From Phoronis australis (taxonomy: Eukaryota; Animalia; Phoronida), in the NCBI GenBank assembly GCA_002633005.1, contig NMRA01000021.1, positions 906,298 to 970,297 of the forward strand: 64,000 nt of DNA, written 5' to 3'. Made by a program: the position numbers and the translations under genes. Below, one piece after another: positions 25,501 through 38,928 of this stretch. Position 1 is the stretch's first letter; every line of letters begins with the position of its first letter. Under the pieces are notes generated by a model. It was not told the origin of the DNA. It did no database searches and saw nothing but the letters and a program-made list of their open reading frames with translations.

Positions 25501-28500
25501 TACAATCTGTATTTGCACCAAAACTTCGGTTTAAGGTTTACACGTTTATATACATTGAGTAATGTTGTGACTCATCTAAGCTGTTTTATTTTCTGCATTT
25601 TCAGATATTCTTCTTCTGTTTTTTCTTCCTTAAGTACATTGAGGGTGAAGAATTTTCCATTCACTGTGTCAGTGATGTGTAAGTATTCGCCAAGCAAAAT
25701 TCAGTTTCTGTAAACTGGCCAATCACCACTAATCTCACATTTCTACGAAAAGTGTCTTCTTGTGGTTCTAGCTGAAACACTCGACAATTTGTCTTGTTAG
25801 GACAAGATGATACACTTGACAATTTGCCTGGTTAGGGTGAGATGCACTCGACAATTTGCCTTGTTATGGCGAGATCATACACTCGACAATTAGTCTTGTT
25901 ACGGCGAGATGATACACTCGACAATTTGCCTTGTTACGGCGAGATGATACACTAGATAATTTGCCTTGTTACAGCAAGATGATACACTCGACAATTTGCC
26001 TTGTTATGACGAGATGATACACTTGACAATGTGCTTTGTTACGCCGAGATGATACACTTGACAATTTGCCTTGTTACGCCGAGATGATACACTTGACAAT
26101 TTGCCTTGTTACGCTGAGATGATACACTTGACAATTTGCCTTGTTATGACGAGATGATACACTTGACATTTTGCCTTGTTACGCCGAGATGATACAGTCT
26201 ACAATTTGCCTTGTTACGGCGAGATGATACACTCGACAGTTTGCCTTGTTACGGCGAGATGATATACTTGACATTTTGCCTTGTTACGCCGAGATGATAC
26301 AGTCAACAATTTGCCTTGTTACGGCAAGATGATACACTCGACAATTTGCCTTGTTACGCAGAGATGATACTCTTGACAATTTGCCTTGTTACCGTGAGCA
26401 TGGTCTTGTAACAGCTGCGGTAACAAACTTCTTTTCCAAGCTTAGAAATCAATTATCACCTGAGGAATGAACGAAACAAATAGTTGCAACCATTTTTATA
26501 GTCGGAAGTCTTTACCTTGCAGCACAAGAGCCACAAGTTTTTAGACACCTTTACTAATAATGTATGACAAATTAGGACAAAATACTGTTGCCACGTCTCT
26601 ATAGCTAATGACTATTATGCTGTCAAAGGTCTAACTACAAAGGGCTTAGCCACCTTGGTGACTTTATGTCTTGATTTGCAGCCACTTGAGATTTTCACGT
26701 TTACAAGCATTGCTCTGTGTAGTAGCAATGTTTAAAATAACGCTTCATTGTCTTAAGACATGTATCTGGGTTGTATGCCATGCGCATGATTGTGCGTAGC
26801 TTTGTCTTGCTCATTTAATTTTTCATCATGACGATTTCATCCTCCTGGTTGTCAGTTCGGCATGTAAGTTTTAAATTTTTTTTGTAACTTCAGAAAATGT
26901 TCAAAAAGTTTCCAGAACCAACTAGGCCTTGCCTAGCCATAGCAAATGTGTAGTTGAAGTCTCTGTTGTCATCATGTCTGCATGAGAAGTGTTTCAAGAT
27001 AATTATTTGTTTCAGCTCTGAAAATCGTCAACCCCCATCGTGCCATAATCTCTCGGATCTTTCATTGGAAGATCTAGGTGAGCCAATTCTTACTTGGTTA
27101 TTTTATTGATTGCCATGGTTGCATGACTTGCACAAAAATGTTTAAGTAGCTTAAAAGCTGCTATAATCTTGACTTCCGTCTTAAGCTAACTTTTGATTGA
27201 GACTACTTGGTCTCAACGTGTACAACTGTATACTGACAGATCATTTCATAATCGGTTGAGGCAAAGTTTAATAATCTGACTTAATTGTCACGGTGGGACA
27301 TTCTATGCTCTGACCATTCCATGGGGCTAAGTAATAACAAACTGTTCAGTTCTTTCCAAGCCCATAGTTCAGTTCTCATTAGTCTGTAAAAATTGCAAAA
27401 AGTGAATTCCTAAATCATTTCAAAGAAGGCATACCAAAAAGATATCTAACACTATTTAAACACCAATTAACATTTTATTTTTATATAGTCGTTTGCAGCC
27501 ACATTTCAAAATATGTGGTTGAACACAACTTGCCGACTTAAAAGCTGTGTCGAAAAAGTGTAATCTCTCAAAGATATGTTCTGCTGATTTGTTTCCACTC
27601 GGTGTGTTCATAAACTGTACCCTCTGTTACAACGCCACCTATAGGGGAGATTGTCCCTGTAAAACGTTATCGTGACTCTTCAGTGGGTACCACCAGGCAA
27701 ATATAAATCTGTTTACCCCAATTCAATTTACAAGTCGATGAGGAGGCTGGGAGGGATGGTAGCGGGAGAGAAGATAGATGTAACTTGATAATCAAGCAGC
27801 CAAGATGACTCATGTTCTGTTAGGGGTACTGCATGACCCAAATTTAATTTTTTCAAAGTACAGCAGGACACTTGATTGGCCATGGTCATGTGTTGAACAG
27901 TGGTGTTCAAAATAAGTCGGACAACGTCGAAATCTGACAAAGTTTTGGCGTACAAAAAACCACACCTAAATATCAGTTTCTTGTCGACTGGAGCTCGTTT
28001 CAACTCTGACTAAAGTCTCTACAAGATGTCGACAGTCATTGTACCATGAACATTGTCGTCTTGCGACTACTTATTGTGTAAGTCCATTTATCAATAAATC
28101 TTACGGCTTGGCGCAATGACATCAAATTAAATTCTAGCAAAACATCTACCAATTTACTGTGACGACAGCTGGACTAAACTGACATATAACTTGTAATACC
28201 AAAAAAGTTTATTCTAGTTTGGTAGTGTCTGGAGCAGTTTTTTTTTTGAAGTCTGTCTAGTTTTGTTTGCAAACTACCTTAGTTTACGGAAATGCCATTT
28301 AATGTTTGAATTTTGTGAGATCAGTCAGTCAAAAGTAGACTGATGACTGGTTATCTCAAGAGAAAGCAGCAGAGATCCAAATCGAGCATCGTATAGATCT
28401 GTCTCAAGAAATGTTATCTGTGGCTTGTGTTGTTAAAAGTGAAAGAAATTGACAAATGAATGTATTTAATATTTACCTCAACTATTTTTGATCTGTAGAT

Positions 28501-31500
28501 ACCGACAGTCGCCATCGCCATAGTTCAGGAACCCCTCCCTTGATTCTTCTGGAAGACGATGATTTGAAGGAGAATGAAATGTAATTGTATTATTCCTTGT
28601 GTATTTATTGATAAGCACGTCTAGAAGAACCGTTCTCATCGTACAGTTGCAATGCAAAAAGAGCATACTACATCAACTCTAATTGTTTATGTTGGCAACA
28701 GTCGGATATCACGTGCCTGTATTTTGGGAAACATTTTGTTGCCTGTTATTCAGTAGGGAAAACTGGTTCCCAAAATTCAGACACGTTATATCCAACCATT
28801 ACCTTTATTTTTTCGTTCTTTTGAGTTAGAAAAATAAATATGGAATTTTCAGATTTTTCCACCATCCTCTGCCTTGTGGATGACTAAGAAGCTAAGTTGT
28901 TCGTCGCAACAAAAATTGTATTATTTCCAGTATGACATCAGATCCATCAGTTCAAATCCGGTCGATGACAATTGGTTGTCAAAAATCAGTATTGCTTTGA
29001 GTGTACTGCTATTTATCATGGCTCACTTGATAACTGTCTGAGAAATCGCTGACCCAAACGTCACGCAGCATTCCTTGTCTAGGTTAGGGCAAATAGACTA
29101 GACTTTAAATTATCATATATTTCTGCTCGACATGTGCTAATGCATGTAACTATGTGAAGCTGTGCCTATATCCAGTATGAGGCTCATGCACCTATATTGT
29201 CTGATTCACTCTTGTCATAACTTGATGTTTGTAACTTTTCTCAAGCAATTGAATTCGGGTGTTGTTAAAATGTTGTTACAGTACCGGTATGTCTGATAAT
29301 GTTATCAGCTTGTATTAATAAGCTGTTGGAGATGATTTTCATTAATATGTTAAAAATGATCTCTTTTAAAGACACCATAAGCGTACCGACTCGCCACTTG
29401 TTCTTCTTGAAGACGGTCAAATACGACACTCCACGTCAAGTCCGGTTACTGTGCCAATACCCTCCAGAGGGCGCTTTGACTCCAGTTCCTCCGGTGCAGA
29501 AAGTGCCAGCAGGTAAGGCAATATACAAGTTTTGTCATTGTATCTCTAGATGAGGTCAACACTGGCCACTGTTACGCTGTCTATGCTTATCTTTTTAATA
29601 GCGCTTCCTTCTGTCTAAAATTTATGAGTCATTACCAATCATGAAGAAGGCAAAATGTTGCCTGAAAACTTTGACCTGAATTGTAATATGTACAAGTACT
29701 CTTGATGAGGTATTGCATACTGAATGAGGTAGTGTCATAATATTATACTTGACGGAAACATTTTGGCTAATCAAAAGCAACTTTTCATTGTTTTGTTGTT
29801 TTGTTTGAGGGCTTGTAATCTTGAGTGACAAAACCGTGAATTTGAGTGAAATGCATCAATTCTGTATTTTTGGGGTGCCAGAAACCTAGCCTTGGCACAC
29901 AGCTGTATACTAAACATATCTGACCCAAAATTAGTGTCATAAAAATTACACTCTTCCTTGAGCAAACTAAATTATTTACCGTTGTTGGGAAAATTGGCGT
30001 CTACCGTTATTCTGCTGCTATAATTGAGGTGCAATCTTTTGTGTCGGCACCTACGTGCCAGTTTCTTCTTTTGCTGATTCTTCAATCAACTGTTGTTCTC
30101 TCATGAGGTTGCGTACATGTCACAATAAATTATCGGAATTGGTTTCACTTATTATAATAAGTTTTTAGAATTTTGATACCACCAAAACCAAATTTCAGAA
30201 CAAATTTTGCTGTTGCAAAACTGTCATCATCTCTTGAGAGATGTCGCAAAAATTTATGAAATGGAGCGTGTGTGTCACGAGCTTACTGTTTTCAAAATGA
30301 TGACATTCTTTTCATCTTTGTTACAAAAGGCGAAGAATTACTCAAGAAAATGATGTTTATTAGATTGTTTTTCTTTTAAATGGCTGCAACGGGCAAGGTT
30401 AGTGTCAGTTGATTTCTAGGTTTTTCATACACACGCGCCGGTCTTTAGCTCCGCATGTTGATACAAATGTCATGATGAGGTTACAAGCAGAACTACCCGG
30501 GCTGTGTGGAATTTCGAGGTCTGTCGGAGCTCAACACTGGTTGTATTTTGAAGATAGTTTCCATGCAGCTAGGTGGCTGACTACCAGCAACCACTAGCTA
30601 TGGAGTCATTTCTTTGTACATGGAGCAGTATACTGACACATTTCAGAACACCAACGAATGGGAATGTTAGTACCGGTATGTCATTTTCCAACCAATTGGA
30701 ATGTCAGAATGTTAAGTCGTTTTTAATCAGTGGGAAGGTGAGCCTTGTTGCATGATTGTTTCACTGCGCTACCTGTAGTGCCGGGTGAGAGTGTGCCCAA
30801 AATGGGAAGTGGCAGTGCAGCCATTGGGCTGCTGTATAGTAATCCAGTTCTCTAAAAAAATGACAGATGGTAGAAATTGCATTTTGCCTCCTTAAGTTGG
30901 AGTCCAAACTGATGGACAGTTAATCTTAGAATGAACAACGTCTTGGTTAAGCTTACACCTATCCTACATGTAGCTAAAATCAGACACCCTGTCCGTAATG
31001 GCCCAATTCTCCATCTTTTGACAAACTTTCAAACTATAGAAAGGTGCTCATTCACGTGTTGCAAATGTTATGGTCTAAGCTTAGTATAAATGAGATTTAA
31101 AAAACGATTTTAAGCGGCATTCAAATATGGGTGTGTCTTTGTAGTTGGGACACCAATGCGAAATTAAGCTATGAAATGTAGGGACTCCTGATAATTTTTC
31201 AAGCACCCTTGTCACCGCAATTTTAGAGCTATTCCCAATTACAACAAGCGGGGAATCTTGGGTGCACAATTTTCTTCATCAAATTTGAACTCTGTTTTTT
31301 AATTTAACAAAATTGTGTTGTAAATTTTATTTTCTCTTCACATTCTAGCTGGCAATTAGTTAGTGACACAGGCAGCTTACCAGGTACAAGGAAACGTCGA
31401 CCTAGCAGGTGAGTAGCCGATATGGTATAGGGTCGCGCTACACATTTCTGTAACCCGAATGTAGTGCTCGTCTTTTGTTTGCAACTGTAGCTAATTTTAC

Positions 31501-32051
31501 TGTTAGAGTCTATGATTAGGTTTTGAAAGTCATTCGTGAGATGCCCGCTTTGTGGTGGCACAATTTGATCAGAAGGCATTGGGTCACCGTTGATCAAATA
31601 CTTTGCGTACGTTTAGCATTGTGGAACTGTCCATCTTTTCAGACTTAGCTATGGCATAATTGCCCCATCACTGTGCTTTTTTCAAATGTATCCATGGTTA
31701 AAGGCATATTTAGAATGTCTGCCTCTGCCAATGAAGGGGCCAGTGGTGAACTCTTAAGTTGGATTCTGATGTGGAGGGATTGTGTGCAGTTTATGTAAAG
31801 ATTTCCTTTTGCTTTATTTGTGACTGACTGTTGTTTGCTGTTGTAGTGGGTCACATCTGAATCCACACGAGCTGCGTATGCGGGCGAGACGAGAGCGCTT
31901 GGAGAAGGTGCGTCGTGCCTTTTACAGCGCCTACAGTGTCATTGTGGGCTTTCAGATGACACCGACGGCAACGCGAGGCTTCTCAACTCTGCTCGACCAC
32001 TTTGCAGAGAAAGTAGGCTTCAAACCAAGCAAGACCACTTCATGGAGTTGA
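13580..32051 (+). CDS. MTMR14: Myotubularin-related protein 14 (phosphoinositide 3-phosphatase), 15 coding exons, about 545 aa
   Basis: Phase-compatible GT-AG exons read by eye: 13580-13678, 15671-15727, 16567-16764, 17364-17476, 18251-18370, 19519-19663, 20466-20543, 21627-21690, 22950-23112, 24943-24979, 25605-25678, 27016-27077, 28499-28580, 29372-29512, 31847-32051 (TGA), 1638 nt in total. Translation gives MTMR14 hallmarks: RSRF-like 'ARVWSRFAVPVIMYEGKHILRSATISGGAELYGRSG', 'ICDLMVENKKVKFGMNMTSSEKVDK', 'LPYPGCEFF', catalytic 'LVHCISGWDRTPLFISLLRLSLWADG', and C-terminal 'RERLEKVRRAFYSAYS...LLDHFAEKVG'. Exons 12-14 are low-conservation and less certain. Confidence 0.93.
16789..16935. repeat. 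36-bp minisatellite, 4 copies, at the start of MTMR14 intron 3
   Basis: Unit about GTGTAGTGCAGGGCATCTGACAGGATAATATGCCCT at 16789, 16825, 16861 and 16897. Confidence 0.9.
22101..22494. mobile_element. Inverted-repeat-bounded element (MITE-like) in MTMR14 intron 8
   Basis: AGATCACAATTTTTTGTCTG (22101-22120) versus CAGACAAAAATTTGTGATCT (22475-22494): 19/20 inverted match. Confidence 0.6.
22950..23112 (+). CDS. MTMR14: MTMR14 exon 9 carrying the catalytic CX5R loop
   Basis: tttttgtag acceptor and GTGAGT donor; encodes SSGILVHCISGWDRTPLFISLLRLSLWADGAIHSSLEPLQMLYLTIGYDWFLFG. Confidence 0.95.
25776..26391. repeat. 35-bp minisatellite, about 18 copies, in MTMR14 intron 11
   Basis: Consensus GAGATGATACACTCGACAATTTGCCTTGTTACGGC repeated head-to-tail with 35-bp period and no spacers. 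Confidence 0.95.
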
Positions 32052-33739
32052 CATCCGTCATTGGCTTCAGTCGTGAAAGTGTCGGCAACGTATTTAAATC
32101 GCAGTAAACTCGTCTTCTGTCGAAATTACTTTTAATTAAGGTGATTCACACAATGAAATCGACATAGGGAGCACCAGCCAGGTGTATTGCTATCTTCTGT
32201 CATTATTTTGTTGTTGTGGGGGCGGGTGCTGGTGGACAAGCCATTAGGAACTTAGTGAGTGTTCTAAAAGCTATTAAAACTAGTAAAATCATTGCTTTTG
32301 TGATTAGCTATTTCAGCCAGCAGTGATCCAAATTCAAGTGGTACGGTGAACCCATCTCGGTTTTGCTGGTGAAGTGTCAAAAAGCAAATTAAACCTTTGT
32401 AAAATGCTTGTAATTAACAAATCAAGAAAATTTGACCACTCACTGGTATGTTATCCTGGCATAGTATGTACCTTCGTAGGCACGGAGGCGTGTACTTGAA
32501 AAGGTACTACATGTATAGATGTATCTCGCGAGAGCCATTGGGGAACTCAACATGTCCCGAAATATTAGTCATTCCACCATTCCCCATGAAGGGAGCGCAG
32601 CGCTGCTTAGGGCTTGAGGATTTCCAGAAAATACCTAGTCTTGTTGAACAAATTTTCTTTTTCTTTTTCTTCTACTATGCTACATTCTACTTTAAATTCA
32701 GGTCCGCAAGTTAGTGTGTACTTTAGCAAACTTGCGCCACCTTATGTTAGTTGAGAGTGATCCGCTGTACAAGTTAGCTAGTCAAGGTTGTTCATTTTAT
32801 GAGCCGAGCATTGTCCGTTTTTTCCAACGCACTAAGAAAGAAGTCCAGACCCCTTCTATAGTGTAAGTGGTCTATGTCATAAGTTTGTCTCTTTGACTGA
32901 TTGAGGGTTTTGGGATTGCAGCTTCAATTGAAAGTCAGGACCACATCTAACATGTGACTTGGTCATTGGATCTTTGTTGAGCGGCGTGATGTCCGAATTG
33001 TTTATTCAGCATGCATATTGAGACGTGGGTTTACAAAACACACCTTTTTTCAAATTGGTGTCCTCACACAAGGTTAGTCATAGTGGACTTCCCCAGCAAG
33101 CATGGAAACACATTGTGTCTACTGGAGAAACCCCATGTGTGCTGGTCAAAATATAAAACTTGAGATATTGACATGCTCTGCATTTCATGAAAAAGTGAAA
33201 TTACTAGGGCTCAGTATTTTGCCTGTTACTGAAATTTAGATTTAGTATTTTGCTTGCTACATAACTTCCGGTTGTATTCTGTGCCTGAATTTTGTGCAGT
33301 CTCCACGCAGTAGTGTTTGCTCGGGATGAAAGCCAAGCCATTCTTTGGTGCATGAAGACCACTTGGAATAAAGTCGGCGTCACTGCTGGCGCGAATCCTT
33401 TGAGTCTGGGCACCCTGCCGCCAGTTCAGTTATAGTGTATGTTTGCTGTTAAGGAAGAATCTTAAGCCGGTCATATATATGTCAGTTGTTCGTCATCTGT
33501 GTCCACATCTGAGCTAACTTCTTTCTGCTAGACAGGCAAAAAATTTCTGTCCTCCGATTCTACATGATTTGTAGCCATGAAAATTAGACGCAAGTGCCTG
33601 TTTTATTTTCTACTGGTAAGGTTATTTCGTACAGTTTGTCATAGATTAACTAACTTCGTTTTATCTTAAGCTGTGTTTTCTAACTGACTATGATGCAATA
33701 TTAATTTCTGTGTTGTTACTATCTGCTTTCATGCTTATG

Positions 33740-36700
33740 CATGTCGAGCGACCTTCAGATGACCCTACCGTCTAAGCTCGAAACTGATGGCGTGACCTTA
33801 AAGGGTCACATTTCAAAGGTGCGAAAGCCATGCTATTTGTTCTTGCGATGTACTTCAACACTGCCTGGCTATATGTCCTGCGGAAAATCTCGTCCATGTT
33901 GTATCTCAGCTCAGACATAATCAAGGAATTCAAGTTAACAGCAAGCGCAGCAGCAGTGAGTTCAAGTCAAGTCGTTGCTTTCTTAATTGGGGAACTTGAC
34001 TTTTCCCTGACAACAAGTCACTGGAAGAAGTTTCATTTAAGTTCAAAAAACAAATGTTAGAAACTACTCTGTAGGCATTAATCACTTGCATCACAGAAGT
34101 GGTGTACCTGTAAGGCTAACGATATCTGGAAAATCATGCTTAAGTCAAACCTTTCGGTCGCACCAATGAATCAGCCAGCCACGCTTTCAACTAAGTCGGT
34201 CTCATGTAGACAGTCGTCCCAACCATGGCCCCGTCTGCACAGCAACTTAGCTGGCAAAACAACCGGTGATGACAAAGACCGCGAAAATGATAGAACGAGC
34301 TAGTTACAGACAACATGCGTCACTTCTCGTCATCCTCAAAAGACTGTTTGTAAAACACCAGGTCGTGGGAAGAAATGTTCCATGATACTACACCCGAGCC
34401 CGTTCAGTAGTGTGTTTATCAACGAAGTCCACTTTGTAGACAACGTGTATTGCCCTGTCACCGTGACAATCTGGTAAGGACTGCAAAATCTCGTTGCCGT
34501 TCGCTTCCCACTTGGTCAGGCCGTAAACCACCCTCATAGCACAACGACATCACCTCATGGACATCATCCACAGGTAAAGGTACGGTGGGGACAGAAAATA
34601 GAAAATCATCTAAATAAAATGATTCTTTCAATGTAACATAACTGCAAGGCACAGTTTGGAGCATATGCAGAACAAGTTGGCGGCGAAACAGCGCCAAAGA
34701 GATGAAATGTCATCCTGAAGGGCCTAGATTTGAGGATCAAGTTACCATTAGGCCGAGACAGAAATATAAGGCAACCACGGTCTTCCGTGGGCCTTTTGAT
34801 ATTGTAGAACATCTTGGCGATAGCTAGGACCAATATCATGTATATTACTCCCAGGCGATAGTCAGCCGTGACAGCGAATTTCTTTTGTCTAAATCGTAAT
34901 AAGACGCCAAAAACCGAATTATTCAGACTGGGTTCCTGTAACGGTTTGTCGTAGATGGAAACGTTCTCATACTTTTTAGCTGCAATCGAACACAACTCTT
35001 AATTTTCTTCTTTTTGATAATAGTATACTGCATGGAGGGGGATGTACCACAACTTTCCATCACTCTGTGATATCTCTTCCTCAGGTATCTCCGCAGCATA
35101 ACCCTGTCCGATTATTTCAGCCATGATTGACAATAATCGCCGTTGATAATCGGAGCTCCCTGATAACTTATTTTTCAAACCTCGCAGGCATTGTGCAGCA
35201 TGTGACCCATTGTCTGGCAAACTGAGTTTCTCATTACGACACGGGAAAGCTAACTCGTAATGTCTGTCGACGTGAAGTACTGAGTCGCTCATCTTTAGAA
35301 AACGTTGCAAGGTAGTCCAGAGAATGCTCGAATCTGTCTTTTAGCAGTTCTGGAAAGCCCAGAGAAACAATCTTGTCATACAGCTGACCAAGGTCAATAG
35401 CACAAGTGTTAGCAGAGATGTCACATGACCCAAAGCCACGTAGTAAATTCCAAGGAATCTAACCGAGGGTTGTTTTGGTACATGTAGCGTGGGGCAAAGA
35501 TATCTATAAAATCTTTGGCGTGGGGGAACCTGTCGGTCTCACACGATCGAGTCTCGAAGGGAGAATACGCATCGGGTACATTGTTCCTAGGAGCAAACCT
35601 ATTCCGGCGTTCACTTGAGGCAGAGGTACATCTCTATCAGGTGAGGCCATATCGTCAAGTCCCGAGTTTTGGGTATGTGCTTCTTAAACACCGGTATGTC
35701 CTTCGTATATACATCTGTCAACAAAATACTATTGGTGCCTGCTAAATTGGTCACTTATAGGTCCGTAATCTGTCCAGCCCAAACATTCTGCATTTAGCCC
35801 ATAGCCTATGTATCGTGATTCTCGTGGGAGTACCCTCACGCCCTAATGCAGAGAACAGGTCTTCGTCGTAAAACGATATAGTACTGCCGCTGTCAAAGAA
35901 TGCATAGGTGGTTTGGGATTTAGACCCTCCCTTAACACGAACGTTAACTGGAATTGTGGCGAGAGCACAATCACCACCGACATTGACTACAGAAGATGCT
36001 TGGAACGCTGACGAGGAACCATATTGGGCGGATTACTGCTCACTGTAGTGGAGATTCGTCAGGTACATGCTCTCTCAACCTCACGTACTGATTTATTCGT
36101 GCGCTTGCCCTTAATATGACCTTTTTTTACGGCAACCAAAGCAAACGCCTTGCAGAAAATTGATCTTGGCAAAGTGAAACTGCGAGACAAGCGAGTCACT
36201 TTTCAGCAGATGGTGCTCTCCCTGACACTTAGTATATGTAGAGACATTAGTCATGAGCGAGTCATTGACATCGGTGGCACGAAGAGTAGGTGGTTTTCTC
36301 TGAACACCACACGTCGGTCTTTTTCGCGTCTTTGGCCGCAAACTTTACCAAAGCCATGAACATGGGCCTTTTACCTTCCTGACGAATATTGAACACAATA
36401 GATCATGGGGCTTATACGGAAGTTTAGCAACGACCTTAAAAGCTCTCTAAGTATTCTAGTACACGTACTGCTCTGGCAACTTCAACAGCGTGAACACATT
36501 CTGTGAATAGAAGCGCGAAGGAGTCTAACATTCTGGGATCATCTTCCGTTATCTGCGACCACTCAAGAAGCTTGTTAATGAAACAGGCCACCATCACGTC
36601 CGTGTTTCTACACCGACGGTCAAACTCCTTCACGACAGCATTAGAAGAGATGTCAGAATCAAGGAAGGAAAACCCCTTAACGACCTTTGCTTCCCCAATG

Positions 36701-36810
36701 GTACATGTAAACGTCTCAAGGCACTGTAACCGCTCCTCATATGAGTCAAAGTTGACTAAAACCTGGGGGTGATTCTCATCTACATTTCTTGGGATGACAC
36801 GGGAATCCAC
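33740..36810 (-). mobile_element. Degenerate BEL/Pao LTR retrotransposon (gag, protease, RT, RNase H fragments)
   Basis: gag-like 36436-36810 (INKLLEWSQI..DDPRMLDSFALL); Cys knuckle CFGC near 36130; aspartic protease TTYAFFDSGST at about 35881-35912; Pao-type RT motifs WYIPLHAV, GVLLRFRQKKFAVTAD, HLFGAVSPP, FYLDD; GWDD and HFCDAS RNase H-region motifs near 34080-34230. Heavily frameshifted; LTRs not identified. Confidence 0.88.
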
Positions 36811-38680
36811 GGGAAACCCTCACAGCATTTTCGTTACCCTAATGAAACATTATTTTTATTATTTTTTTTACTATCAAATAACTATTGAGTGATTTTTGGG
36901 ATTACTAGGATTTTTATATGTTCACATTTCTTTGTAAGTGTACCAGTTGTAGTGTATTCTTTGAAACCACAGTTTATTTACAAATTGTTTCTTTTCCTGA
37001 TTGTACTTGTACAAAAAGTTCTTCAGAAAGTCGCTACGTAGCCATTTCTTTAAATCTAAATGTTCTCAGTTTTAATGGGACATAGCATCTTTAAGGGCGG
37101 CCTGGGCTCCCTGAAAGTCGCTCGACATGATCATTTTCTCTCAGAAACATTGTATAAGCGTCGGAACCTTAAAGTGGCCATATATTCTACAGGATGTGCT
37201 TTAGATATCATTGAAACGCACACCAGACGCGTGGAAGACCAGGTTCCCTTGCAATCGAGTCATTGCGTTGGTTTTGTATATTCGTAAGGCAACGAGATCT
37301 ATACGTTGTGGTACTTGTTTTAATTGGTTTGTACAAACCACATGAATTGACTTCACACAAATGTGTCTTTATCTCGAGAATGTTTATGAGAATTATATTT
37401 TGTGGTCTGATGCTCTGGACTTTAATATTTTTTTCTACTTAGGGCATCGTCGTTTTTAACACAAAATGATGCCAGCTCTTTTTACCATGCTACAGTTTGT
37501 GTTACACAGAAAGCATAGTCCAGGATATGACGTTGTTACTTACTGTAAATATTCAGCAGTCAAACCATGGTTACACCAAACGTTGTGGTAGCGTTGGTGG
37601 TCTTATTTTGTACGTTTTCCGTGGGAGGGCTCTTCCGTGGAAGTGTAGGTAGGAACGTGCCGTCAACTAGGGCGCGTACAGTGTGTTTTACTTCCTCAGT
37701 AATCGTTCGAACATAAATAGGCCGACAAGAATCAAGAATTTTAGTTTTGATGGCAAATAAACAATCAACTATGCTCAATGCACTTTTAGTGACCCTCTCT
37801 TGAAACTTGGGGCAGTTGCGCTGATGTGTGCACTGTTGTCATACTCTGTAGTAAACAGATATTTTGCTTGTTAACATCAGCAATTTCCTGTTGTTGCTTT
37901 AGAAAAATTACCGCAATATTTTATGAATGGGTATTTATTTACTGGGCTGTATGTTCGGTCATGTGTAAATATGTTTGATGTTGTTCTCATATGCTTCTGT
38001 CTTGAGAAATAAACTTAACTTGATCAGAAAGATGTCCATACAAAGAAGTTAAATAATCTCGCTCTTAGCTTTTTGCCTTGGGGTCAGCTGGTGTATGTAT
38101 TTCATAAAAAAACAGATGATAGACGCGCGTGTTGTAATCACCATGCATGATCACTGCTCCTAGAGAAAGTCTGCTAGGTGTACACTTTGTTGGGGACTTT
38201 TCATGTTGGCGTTCTCCAAAGTAATTATAGTACGAAAGTGACTTCAGATTTGGTGGACAGAAACTCACGACTAGATATAGTGGTCCAAAACGGAGGGATA
38301 TGACCCCCACAGTCAGCACCTCTCGTTGTTTGATCGGGCGCAGCCACGAGCTTAGTTTGTCGCGGTTTCTTCTTAGAAACGAGAAATGTATGGAATATGA
38401 TAGCCGTTTTTATCCAGTGACATTTCAAAACAATTGCCTTTGCCTCTCCGCAAAACGGTTTAAATCTGTGAACCGAAAATGATAGGTGCGTCGCAAGCTG
38501 CATATTCGGAGATAAAAGGGAGACCGGATGGGCGAAATAAAGGTCCTTTTATTATGACTGGTACAGAAATATGAGTGTAAAATAATAAGTAAACATAAAA
38601 TAATAATCGCTGGAAAGATGAGCAATAAAAAGCGCCACAGAAGATGCTGAAGACAGCTCATGCATGTCCACCAAAGGCCT

Positions 38681-38928
38681 GGGGGCTGTTCCAAGAAACT
38701 GACTTAAGTTCATTTTGACTTAAGTTTAAGAATTGTCTTAAATTCCAAACTTTGAAACTTCCACATACGGTAAGTTAGACATAATTAAGATAAAACTTGT
38801 GTCAAACACTTAAGTCAAACTTAAGATCTCTTTCTTGAATTGGTTTTGAGACAACCTTAACTTTTATCTTAAATTTACTAGAATTTAAGATTTGTCTTAG
38901 CTAAGTCTGTTTTGTTGGAACGGGCCCC
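38681..38928. mobile_element. PIF/Harbinger-like MITE
   Basis: Terminal inverted repeats GGGGCTGTTCCAAGAAACTGACTTA / TAAGTCTGTTTTGTTGGAACGGGCCCC in a CTG/CAG context; interior rich in CTTAAG-type palindromic motifs. Confidence 0.7.

Noticed and set aside
25776-26391. CRISPR-like array of 35-bp semi-palindromic repeats
   Set aside because: Units are contiguous with no unique spacers, there are no cas genes, and the array lies in a eukaryotic intron.
30420-30675. Extra MTMR14 exon candidates (acceptors near 30419 and 30572, donor near 30676)
   Set aside because: In the required phase they hit the TAG at 30595-30597, while exon 14 joins the last exon in frame without them.
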